Source: Solirubrobacterales bacterium
GTDB lineage: Bacteria > Actinomycetota > Thermoleophilia > Solirubrobacterales > 70-9
Assembly (NCBI GenBank): GCA_036406595.1
Contig: DASXAR010000061.1
Location: 2,566 to 66,565, forward strand
DNA length: 64,000 nt
Direction: 5' to 3'
How positions within the stretch are numbered: the stretch's first letter is position 1; the number at the start of each line of letters is the position of its first letter. Positions 26,503-34,397 of the stretch are shown piece after piece. The notes beneath the pieces are model-generated. The model made no database searches. It saw nothing but the letters and a program-made list of their open reading frames with translations, and was not told where the DNA came from. The position numbers were made by a program, and so were the translations under genes.

Positions 26503-27339
26503 ATGGCAGACGAGCGACTCAGCGAGGAGATGGATAGCTTGCCGGGCCCCGGTGCGGGAACGCAACTGGCGAGCGAACGGGAGCTCTGGCGTCGCTTCTC
26601 CCAGAGCCGTGACCCTGAGGTTCGCGAGGAGCTGGTGCGCCGCAACATGCCGTTCGCGAAGCGCCTCGCGCTCCGCTACCGGGGCGCCAGCGAGTCGTTC
26701 GACGACCTCCTGCAGGTCGCCAACCTGGGCTTGCTCAACGCGATCGATCGCTTCGATCCCGATCGCGGAATCCCCTTCACCGCCTTCGCCTCGCCGACCG
26801 TCCTGGGTGAGCTCAAACGGCACTTCCGCGACCGTGTCTGGACCGTTCGCGTGCCACGCGGCCTGCACGATCGCATGGCGGAAGTCGACAAAGCGATCAC
26901 CGAGCTGACCAAACAGCTACAGCGCTCCCCCTCGATCCCGGAGATCGCCGAGCGGCTCGAGCTCGAGCAGACCGACGTGCTCGAGGTGATGGAGGCAAAC
27001 CACAACCGGCGGCCCCTCTCGCTGGACCGTCCGGCGGGGCCCGAGGACCCCGACGAGTCGATGCCGGTCGAATGGGTCGGCCACGAGGACCAGGCCTACG
27101 AGCTGGTGGAGGGCAGGATCGCCCTCGACGCAGCCCTGCCTTTCCTCGACGAGCGGGAGCGGCTGGTGCTCAGGCTTCGCTTCGCGGAGGACATGACCCA
27201 GTCCCAGATCGCAGAGCGAATCGGCCACTCGCAGATGCACGTCTCGCGCATCCTGCGCCGAGCGCTGGCACGCATCCGCGACCGGATCGAGGAGGAACGC
27301 GGCGAGAGCGAGCGCCCCGCCGAGACCCCGGAGGACTAG
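26503..27339 (+). CDS. RNA polymerase sigma factor, SigB/SigF/SigG (group 3) type
   Basis: Regions 2-4 are recognisable (DDLLQVANLGLLNAIDRFDP, RVPRGLHD, SQIAERIGHSQMHVSRIL). Confidence 0.9.
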   Translation: MADERLSEEMDSLPGPGAGTQLASERELWRRFSQSRDPEVREELVRRNMPFAKRLALRYRGASESFDDLLQVANLGLLNAIDRFDPDRGIPFTAFASPTVLGELKRHFRDRVWTVRVPRGLHDRMAEVDKAITELTKQLQRSPSIPEIAERLELEQTDVLEVMEANHNRRPLSLDRPAGPEDPDESMPVEWVGHEDQAYELVEGRIALDAALPFLDERERLVLRLRFAEDMTQSQIAERIGHSQMHVSRILRRALARIRDRIEEERGESERPAETPED

Positions 27340-28181
27340 CGCGCGGCGACGAAGTGGACGACGAGATAATCGCCGTCGTCTGACCCCTCGATCGTCAGAT
27401 CATCCGCAAGAGCCTCGAGCGATCCGCCGACGGCCGGAACTTCGAGCTCCTCGACGATCTTCCCGGCGGCTCCCGGCTCCATCGGTCCGATCCGCAGGCC
27501 GATTCCATCCCCGGCCTCGTCGAGACCGAGCCGCACGCGCCCGTCCTCGAAGCGTGAGGGCACCGCGGCGGCAATTGCGTCGGTGACGAGGACCGCGTCG
27601 GAAACGCGATCGACCGAGAGCTCTCGACGCGCCGCGAGGGCGCCGACCACCCTGGCGAGGACCGGTCCGAGCAGCTCGGCTCGGTCGGTGACGAGCTCGG
27701 TCACGTCCTCTCCTTTCGGCACCTCCGTCGTCGGCTCGCCGTCGAGGCTTCCGGCTGCGCCGCCCGTGAGCGGCAGGCGCATCGAGACCTCCGTCCCCTG
27801 GTTGAGCCCGCCCGATATCGCGAAGCTGGTGGAGAGCGCCGCGATCAGCGAGAGACCGAGGCGGAGGCTGTCGCGTTCGGGGTCGGCCTGTGGCCGGATC
27901 CCCACCCCCTCGTCGCGTACCGTCACGGTGAGGCCGCTGTCGTCGGGCATCGCCTCCACGCTGAGCGGCCCGGGCCGGCCCTCGTAAGCATGGACGGCGA
28001 CGTTCATGCAGGCCTCGGTCACCACCGTCTTCAGATCCGCAAGGCCCGCTTCGTCCATGCCGATCTCCTCCGCGAGACCGGCCAGCGCGTGCCGAATCAC
28101 GGCGACGTTCTCCGCCCTGGCGGGAAGAATCATCTGGAGGCCGCTCGGCCTCTCGGTGGGGGTCGACGTGTATGGCATCAA
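27336..28181 (-). CDS. RsbW/UsfX-like anti-sigma serine kinase (HATPase_c) with a second, degenerate repeat of the fold
   Basis: N-box EACMNVAVHAY, G1 VRDEGVGI, G2 RLGLSLI. The C-terminal 140 aa repeat this pattern without the Asn or the DxGxG motif. Confidence 0.8.
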   Translation of the reverse strand: MMPYTSTPTERPSGLQMILPARAENVAVIRHALAGLAEEIGMDEAGLADLKTVVTEACMNVAVHAYEGRPGPLSVEAMPDDSGLTVTVRDEGVGIRPQADPERDSLRLGLSLIAALSTSFAISGGLNQGTEVSMRLPLTGGAAGSLDGEPTTEVPKGEDVTELVTDRAELLGPVLARVVGALAARRELSVDRVSDAVLVTDAIAAAVPSRFEDGRVRLGLDEAGDGIGLRIGPMEPGAAGKIVEELEVPAVGGSLEALADDLTIEGSDDGDYLVVHFVAAR

Positions 28182-28254
28182 CAGCGCTCTCGCCAGGGGA
28201 CGATGTTCCCGGCGCCCCCGAGCATAGGCCAGCGCTCGGCGGTCGATTCATTCG

Positions 28255-28281
28255 CTACCCCTGCTGGCCGGGCGTGAAACC
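28255..28281 (-). promoter_or_regulatory. SigB/F-type promoter GGTTT-N16-GGGTAG for the RsbW-like kinase
   Basis: Plus strand shows CTACCC 28255-28260 and AAACC 28277-28281. Confidence 0.6.
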
Positions 28282-28297
28282 ACGCTCTCCGAAGCGC

Positions 28298-28303
28298 TAG
28301 GAT
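28298..28303 (+). promoter_or_regulatory. housekeeping-type -10 TAGGAT, 7 nt before the STAS GTG (leaderless)
   Basis: Matches the TANNNT pattern. No SD. Confidence 0.4.
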
Positions 28304-28310
28304 CGCCCGC

Positions 28311-28682
28311 GTGAGTCCGTCGCCGTTCGACGCGCGATTCGAGGAGCTGGAGGGTGGGATCCGCACCTTCACGGTGTGCGGAGAGCTCGACATGAATACG
28401 GCCCCGGAGCTTGCGCAGCTGCTCGAGGAGAATGTCTCCGGGCCGGAGGGCGCCGTGATGCTGGACCTCACGCAGTGCGAGTTCATCGACTCGACCGGGA
28501 TCGCCCTGATCGTGCGCACCTGGCAGCAGGTCGACCGCGACGCGGGCGGCGAGGGCAGCGGCCGCATGGTGATCTGCTGCAGCAACCATCAGGTCCTGCG
28601 GCTGCTGAAGATCACCGGGGTCGACTCCTCGATCTCGCTCTACGACGGCCGCGAGGCCGCGCTCGCAGCGCTGCGCGACTGA
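28311..28682 (+). CDS. STAS-domain anti-sigma-factor antagonist (RsbV/SpoIIAA-like)
   Basis: CEFIDSTGIALIV carries the conserved phosphorylatable Ser. GTG start lies 7 nt after a TAGGAT -10. Confidence 0.85.
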   Translation: MSPSPFDARFEELEGGIRTFTVCGELDMNTAPELAQLLEENVSGPEGAVMLDLTQCEFIDSTGIALIVRTWQQVDRDAGGEGSGRMVICCSNHQVLRLLKITGVDSSISLYDGREAALAALRD

Positions 28683-28690
28683 GCCGGGCC

Positions 28691-28715
28691 GTTTCGGCAC
28701 CGAAACTCGGGGTAG
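28691..28715 (+). promoter_or_regulatory. GTTT-N15-GGGTAG upstream of ctaC; overlaps a GTTTCGG-CA-CCGAAAC palindrome (function ambiguous)
   Basis: GTTT 28691-28694 and GGGTAG 28710-28715. The palindrome at 28691-28706 lies just after the STAS stop. Confidence 0.4.
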
Positions 28716-28742
28716 CGATGGAGCGCCCCCGCCAGGAAACGA

Positions 28743-29696
28743 GTGGAGGCGGGGGCGAGGTATGTGTCCCCCCTAGACCCACACAGCCCCGCGGCACGCG
28801 ATATCGCCACGCTGTGGTGGTGGATGCTGGCGGCGGCGGCGATCGTCTTCGCAGGGGCGATCGCGCTGCTCTGGCTGGGCTGGCGGCGCCGGGGCGAGCC
28901 CGGGCTGCCGTGGATCGGCGAGAGCGAGCGCTTCAACACCGGGCTGGTGGTCGCGTTCGGGATGGTGATCCCCGCGGTCGTCCTCTCGGCGCTGTTCGTC
29001 GGCGCCAACCTGGTCGTGATGCGGGACACCGAACCGCCCAGCCGCAGCGCGACGGCGATGACCATCGTCGCGATCGGCCATCAGTGGTGGTGGGAGTTCC
29101 GGTATCCCGAAAGCGGAGTCGTCACCGCCAACGAACTCCACATCCCCGCCTCCACCTCCGTGAACCTGGAGGCCCGCTCGGCCGACGTCATCCACTCCTT
29201 TTGGGTGCCGGAGCTGAACCGCAAGATCGACATGGTCCCCGGCCAGCGCAACCGGATCGAGCTCTACGCCGAACATGCGGGGACGTACCGCGGGCAGTGC
29301 GCGGAGTTCTGCGGCCTCCAGCACGCCAACATGGCATTCAACGTCGTCGCCGAACCGCAGAGCGGCTTCCAGAGCTGGCTCCGGCAGGAGCAGGCCCCGG
29401 CGGAGCCGCCCCAGGGAGCCGAGGCGGTGGCCGGGATGAGGGCGTTCATGGAAGGCGCCTGCGCCAGCTGCCACACGATCAGCGGCACCGAGGCGCGGGG
29501 CACCGTGGGGCCCGACCTGACCCATGTGGCGAGTCGCGCCACGCTCGCCGCGCTGACCGGGCCCAACCGGCACGGATTCCTCGATCAGTGGATCAGTGAC
29601 CCGCAGAGCATCAAGCCCGGCAGCAAGATGCCCGGGCTCGAGTTGACGGAAGCCCAGTTCAGATCGCTGGTCGCCTACCTCTCGGGGCTGCGCTGA
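28743..29696 (+). CDS. ctaC: cytochrome c oxidase subunit II with fused C-terminal cytochrome c domain (caa3 type)
   Basis: CuA site CAEFCGLQHANM and heme c site CASCHTI. Two N-terminal TM helices. Confidence 0.9.
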   Translation: MEAGARYVSPLDPHSPAARDIATLWWWMLAAAAIVFAGAIALLWLGWRRRGEPGLPWIGESERFNTGLVVAFGMVIPAVVLSALFVGANLVVMRDTEPPSRSATAMTIVAIGHQWWWEFRYPESGVVTANELHIPASTSVNLEARSADVIHSFWVPELNRKIDMVPGQRNRIELYAEHAGTYRGQCAEFCGLQHANMAFNVVAEPQSGFQSWLRQEQAPAEPPQGAEAVAGMRAFMEGACASCHTISGTEARGTVGPDLTHVASRATLAALTGPNRHGFLDQWISDPQSIKPGSKMPGLELTEAQFRSLVAYLSGLR

Positions 29697-29709
29697 TGGG
29701 AGCCCCCTG

Positions 29710-31614
29710 ATGGCTATCGCGATTCCGCCCGAGGCACGCAGCAGGGTCGAACGGCTCGAGAGCATCTGGAAGGAGGGCTCGGGAATCGTCGGCTGGCTGA
29801 CGACGGTCGACCACAAGCGGATCGGCATCCTCTACTTCTTCACCTCGCTCGCCTTCTTCGCAGCGGGCGGCGTCGAGGCGCTGCTGATCCGCACCCAGCT
29901 GATCGGCCCGAACCAGGGCGTGGTCGGGCCTCAGACCTTCGATCAGCTGATGACCGTGCACGGCGTGACGATGATCTTCCTCTTCGTCGTCCCGATGTCC
30001 GTGGGGGCCTTCGGCAACTACCTGCTGCCGCTGATGATCGGCGCCCGGGACATGGCCTTCCCGCGGATGAACGCCGTCTCCTACTGGATCTATCTCTGCT
30101 CCGGCATCTTCATCTACGTCGGCCTCTTCACCGGAAACGGGCCGAGCGCCGGCTGGTTCAACTACGTGCCGCTGGCCTCCCGCGCCTACAGCCCCGGCCC
30201 CGGAATCGACTTCTACGCGCTGGGGCTGATGTTCACCGGGATCTCGACCACCGCGGCCGCGATCAACATCATCGTGACCATCTTCAAGCTGCGCGCCCCG
30301 GGGATGTCGATCAACCGGATGCCGCTCTTCTGCTTCGCCTTCCTCGCCGTCTCGTTCGCACTCGTCTTCGCCCTGCCGCCGCTCAACATCGCTCTCTTCC
30401 TGCTCGAGCTCGACCGGCTCCTCGGCTTCCACTTCTACGACGTCGGCCTGGGCGGCAACGCGATCCTCTGGCAGAACCTCTTCTGGATCTTCGGCCACCC
30501 CGAGGTCTACATCATCATCCTGCCCGCCTTCGGGATCGCGACCTCGATCATCCCGACCTTCACCCGTCGCAGGATGGTCGCCTTCCCGTTGGTCGCCCTC
30601 GCCGAGATCCTCGTCGCCTTCATCGGCTTCGGCGTCTGGGCACACCACATGTTCGCCGTCGGCCTCTCCTCGGTGACGACGATCTACTTCGCCGCCGCAA
30701 GCCTGGTGATCGTGATTCCCAGCGGCATTCAGCTGTTCGCCTGGATAACGACCATCGTCACCGGAACGCCTCGGTTCCAGACCCCTTTGCTGTGGATCAT
30801 CGGCTTCATCGTCCTCTTCATCCTCGGCGGGCTCTCCGGCGTGATGTTCGCGGCGATTCCCTTCGACCAGCAGCTCACCGACACCTACTTCGTCGTCGCC
30901 CACTTCCACTACGTGATCTTCGGCGCCGCGGTCTTCCCCCTGCTGGGCGGCATGTACTACTGGTTCCCGAAGGTGACCGGCCGCATGTACCACGAGGGCT
31001 GGGGGAAGACCAGCTTCTGGCTCACCTTCGCCGGCATGAACCTGACCTTCTTCCCGATGCACATCCTCGGCCTGGCGGGAATGCCGCGGCGCGACTACAC
31101 CTACGGGGGCGACCTCGGCTGGACCGCCCTGAACGCGATCGAGACGATCGGCGCCTACCTGCTCGCGGCCGGCCTCCTGACCGTCGCAGCCAACCTCGCC
31201 GTCAGCCTCTTCAGGGGCGCGCCTGCCGGCGCGGACCCCTGGCAGGGGGACACTCTCGAGTGGTCGACGAGCTCGCCGCCGCCGCCCTACAACTACGCGG
31301 TCATCCCCACCGTCACCAGCCCCTACGCGATGTGGGATCGCGAGGACCGCGATGCCGACGTCAGGAACCTCGCCGAAGGTGAGAAGACCCTCGAGCAGGG
31401 GCACGAGACCGCATCGACCAGCGTCGTCGACGCCGAATGGGACGAGATCCTCGAGATGCCGTCGAGGTCGTGGTGGCCACCGGTCGTCGCGGTTGCGCTC
31501 TCGGGGGTTTTCGCCTTCATCCTCCTGCAGCGCTGGCTGGCTGCCGGCATATTCCTGCTGCTCACCTTCGCTGCGATCGGCGGCTGGCACTGGAAGGAGC
31601 CCCAAGAAGCATGA
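29710..31614 (+). CDS. ctaD: cytochrome c oxidase subunit I (14-TM long form)
   Basis: Canonical heme-copper oxidase motifs (WFFGHPEVY-like LFWIFGHPEVYI, HHMF) plus two extra C-terminal helices. Confidence 0.95.
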   Translation: MAIAIPPEARSRVERLESIWKEGSGIVGWLTTVDHKRIGILYFFTSLAFFAAGGVEALLIRTQLIGPNQGVVGPQTFDQLMTVHGVTMIFLFVVPMSVGAFGNYLLPLMIGARDMAFPRMNAVSYWIYLCSGIFIYVGLFTGNGPSAGWFNYVPLASRAYSPGPGIDFYALGLMFTGISTTAAAINIIVTIFKLRAPGMSINRMPLFCFAFLAVSFALVFALPPLNIALFLLELDRLLGFHFYDVGLGGNAILWQNLFWIFGHPEVYIIILPAFGIATSIIPTFTRRRMVAFPLVALAEILVAFIGFGVWAHHMFAVGLSSVTTIYFAAASLVIVIPSGIQLFAWITTIVTGTPRFQTPLLWIIGFIVLFILGGLSGVMFAAIPFDQQLTDTYFVVAHFHYVIFGAAVFPLLGGMYYWFPKVTGRMYHEGWGKTSFWLTFAGMNLTFFPMHILGLAGMPRRDYTYGGDLGWTALNAIETIGAYLLAAGLLTVAANLAVSLFRGAPAGADPWQGDTLEWSTSSPPPPYNYAVIPTVTSPYAMWDREDRDADVRNLAEGEKTLEQGHETASTSVVDAEWDEILEMPSRSWWPPVVAVALSGVFAFILLQRWLAAGIFLLLTFAAIGGWHWKEPQEA

Positions 31615-32234
31615 GCGGCTCGGTCACCCGCAGCATGGAGGCGACGACCAACCGCGCCACCGCCGTCGTCGAAAGCAGCAGGCGCAGCATGCCGAGCGGC
31701 TGGATCGGGATGATCCTCCTGATCGCAACTGAGGCGACGCTGCTGGGCTGCCTGATCGCGACCTACTTCTACCTTCGCTTCAAGGTCGTGGATTGGCCGC
31801 CGCCGGGAATCGAGAAGCCGTCACTGACGCTGCCCCTCGTCTTCACGGGGATGCTGATCGCCTCCTGCGCGCCGTTCTTCGCTGGCGTGCAGGCGGCAAA
31901 GGCCGGCCTTGCCCGGGCCGCCTGGCTGCTGATCGCGAGCGCGACAGCAATCCAGGCCACCTATCTCGGCCTCCAGATCCACCTCTTCATCGATGACCTG
32001 AACAAGTTCGCCCCCGACGAAACGGCCTACGGCTCGGTCTATTTCGCCATGGTCGGAGCCCACCACGCCCACGTCGCCGTCGGACTCGCCTTCGACGCCT
32101 GGCTCCTCGCCAAGCTTCTCGGAGGCCTGACCAACTACAGGCTTCTGGGTGTGCGCGTCGTCGCCCTCTACTGGTACTTCGTCGCGGCGACGGCTATCCC
32201 CGTCGTCCTCACCCAGCTCTACCCGTCGCTATGA
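31611..32234 (+). CDS. ctaE: cytochrome c oxidase subunit III (5-TM form)
   Basis: ATGA overlap with ctaD. FYLRF...GAHHAHVAVG...LYWYFV motifs. Confidence 0.85.
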   Translation: MSGSVTRSMEATTNRATAVVESSRRSMPSGWIGMILLIATEATLLGCLIATYFYLRFKVVDWPPPGIEKPSLTLPLVFTGMLIASCAPFFAGVQAAKAGLARAAWLLIASATAIQATYLGLQIHLFIDDLNKFAPDETAYGSVYFAMVGAHHAHVAVGLAFDAWLLAKLLGGLTNYRLLGVRVVALYWYFVAATAIPVVLTQLYPSL

Positions 32235-32623
32235 GAGTGCTTCCGAGCTCGCCCGATTCACCGGTCTCGGCGCAGGTGTGGTTCGCGGTGCTGGGAGCCC
32301 CCGCCGCCTGGACCGCGCAATTCGCGATCGGCTATTGGACGACCGAACTGCACTGCAACCCCTACCAGGAACATTGGGACGTGGCGCTGGGAACGTGGAC
32401 GACGGTCGCCACCGCCGTCGCGGCCCTGGTCGCCCTCGGCGCGGGGCTCACGGCAATGTCGCTCTTCCGTCGCACGCGGGAGGTCGAGGAGAGCGACGCG
32501 CCGCCGCCCGGGCGCATCCATTTCCTGGCCACGGTCGGGCTTGCGGTGACTCCGCTCTTCCTCCTGCTGATCGCGATGACGGCGCTCGGCGTCCTGATCC
32601 ACATCCCCTGCGGGCAGTCATGA
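32231..32623 (+). CDS. small 3-TM membrane protein in the subunit IV (CtaF-like) position
   Basis: 130 aa with three hydrophobic helices. ATGA overlaps on both sides. No sequence family recognised. Confidence 0.55.
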   Translation: MRVLPSSPDSPVSAQVWFAVLGAPAAWTAQFAIGYWTTELHCNPYQEHWDVALGTWTTVATAVAALVALGAGLTAMSLFRRTREVEESDAPPPGRIHFLATVGLAVTPLFLLLIAMTALGVLIHIPCGQS

Positions 32624-33417
32624 GCCGGCATCGGGCCCGCACAGCGATCGGCGCCGGCGTCATCGCCGCCGCGCTGGTGGCGGTCGCCGCCCGAGCCCAG
32701 CCGCCGAGCGGCATCGTCCACGGCGGAGGCTCCTCGAAGCCGCTTCTCGAGGCGGGCTCCGAGCTCTATGCAGCCAACTGCGCGTCCTGCCACGGGATCG
32801 CAGGCCGCGGCGTGCCCTTCCCGGAGAAGCACGGCGTCGGCAACATCGAGGAGCAGGGGCCGCCGCTGATCGGAGTCGGCGCGCTGGCGCCCGACTTCTA
32901 TCTGCGCACCGGCCGCATGCCGCTGGCGCATGCCGGAGAAGAGCCCGAACGCCAGCGCCCCTTCTTCAGCGATCACGAGATCCGCGCCCTCGTCGCCTAC
33001 GTCGCCCGCCTCGGGCGGGGTCCGGCGATCCCGCACCCGCGGCCAGCGACCGGAAGGGTCCCGGAAGGCTATTCGCTGTTCAGCGAGCACTGCGCGGGCT
33101 GCCACCAGATCGTCGGCGAAGGCGGCTACGTGACCGGCGCCAAGGTTCCCGTCCTCGAGCACGCCACGCCGCGCCAGATCGCCGAGGCGGTGCGAATCGG
33201 GCCCTTCGTGATGCCGAGCTTCTCGAAGGCCCACATAAGCGACGACGAACTCGACAAGATCATCGCCTACGTCCTGGCCAGCAGGGACCCGGAAGACCGC
33301 GGGGGCCTGGGCATCGGGCACATCGGCCCGGTCCCCGAGGGCATCGTGGCCTGGCTGGTTGCGGCGGTGGTGCTGGTCGGCGTCTGCGCGCTGATCGGGG
33401 AGCGGGTGAGATCGTGA
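32620..33417 (+). CDS. qcrC: diheme cytochrome c subunit of the bc complex
   Basis: Two CxxCH motifs (CASCH, CAGCH), an N-terminal signal/anchor and a C-terminal TM helix. Internal ATG 32620 of the 422-aa track ORF. Confidence 0.85.
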   Translation: MSRHRARTAIGAGVIAAALVAVAARAQPPSGIVHGGGSSKPLLEAGSELYAANCASCHGIAGRGVPFPEKHGVGNIEEQGPPLIGVGALAPDFYLRTGRMPLAHAGEEPERQRPFFSDHEIRALVAYVARLGRGPAIPHPRPATGRVPEGYSLFSEHCAGCHQIVGEGGYVTGAKVPVLEHATPRQIAEAVRIGPFVMPSFSKAHISDDELDKIIAYVLASRDPEDRGGLGIGHIGPVPEGIVAWLVAAVVLVGVCALIGERVRS

Positions 33418-34397
33418 GGGGGAAGCTGCGAATGGCGGCGATCCTGGCGCTCGGCTTCCTCCACCGCGGGCGCCGCGACAGCCCGGAGCGACGGATCGTC
33501 GAGCCGGGCTCCAAGCAGCCCGGAGCCGAGCTTGCGGTCATCCTGCTGCTGCTGGCGGCCGCCGCCTGTGCGGTCGCGTTCGTGGTCATCTACGCGATCG
33601 ACTCGTGGGGCAACCGGACGCAGTGGTTCGGGCTCTCGCTGGGAGTTTCCCTCGGGTTTATCGCAGCTGCGTTGATCGTCGCCAGCAAGACCCTCGTCGT
33701 CAGCGAGGAGCTGGAGGAGGACTACCCGGCCGTCGATCCGGAGGAGGAGGAGCGGGTCGCCGGGATCCTCGAGCAGAGCGGCAGCCGAATCACCCGCAAG
33801 CGACTGCTCTCCGGCGCCGCTGCGGCGGCTGGTGCGGCCCTGGGCGCGGCGCTGATCGTCCCGGCTGCCTCGTTCGGGCCAGCGCTCGACACGGCCTCTC
33901 TCTACTCATCGCCCTGGAGGCGCAACAGGCGCCTGGTCGACGAGTACGGGCAGCCCTACCGGGCCGACCAGATCGAGGAGGAGACCTTCTACACCGCCTA
34001 CCCCGAGGCGGCCGACCGCGACGAGCTGGCTGCGCCGGTGGTCGTCGTGAGGCTGAAATCGAACGAACTGGAAATGCCCTCCGATCGGCGCGGCTGGGCG
34101 CCCCAGGGAATCGTCGCCTACTCGAAGATCTGCACTCATGCGGGCTGCGCCGTCGCCCTCTACCGGACTCCAAAGTTCCCCGAGGCCGAGCCCGGGCCGG
34201 CGCTGGTCTGTCCCTGCCACTACTCGACCTTCAACCCCGCCGACGGCGGCAGCGTCGAGTTCGGCCCGGCCGGGCGAGGGCTGCCGCAGCTGCCCCTGCT
34301 GATCGACTCCGCCGGCGAGCTGCGCGCAGCCGGCAACTTCTCCGCTCCGGTCGGCCCTTCGTTCTGGGGCGTCAGGACGAGGAGGCCGTCGGCGTGA
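33414..34397 (+). CDS. qcrA: Rieske [2Fe-2S] subunit of the bc complex
   Basis: CTHAGC...CPCHYS Rieske motifs. GTGA overlap with qcrC. Confidence 0.9.
   Translation: MRGKLRMAAILALGFLHRGRRDSPERRIVEPGSKQPGAELAVILLLLAAAACAVAFVVIYAIDSWGNRTQWFGLSLGVSLGFIAAALIVASKTLVVSEELEEDYPAVDPEEEERVAGILEQSGSRITRKRLLSGAAAAAGAALGAALIVPAASFGPALDTASLYSSPWRRNRRLVDEYGQPYRADQIEEETFYTAYPEAADRDELAAPVVVVRLKSNELEMPSDRRGWAPQGIVAYSKICTHAGCAVALYRTPKFPEAEPGPALVCPCHYSTFNPADGGSVEFGPAGRGLPQLPLLIDSAGELRAAGNFSAPVGPSFWGVRTRRPSA

Noticed and set aside
29659-31605. 648-aa minus-strand ORF
   Set aside because: Antisense shadow of ctaD, which is unambiguous.
33605-34393. 5' part of the 712-aa track ORF 33605-35743
   Set aside because: Out-of-frame shadow over qcrA. 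Cytochrome b begins at GTG 34394, overlapping the qcrA stop (GTGA).
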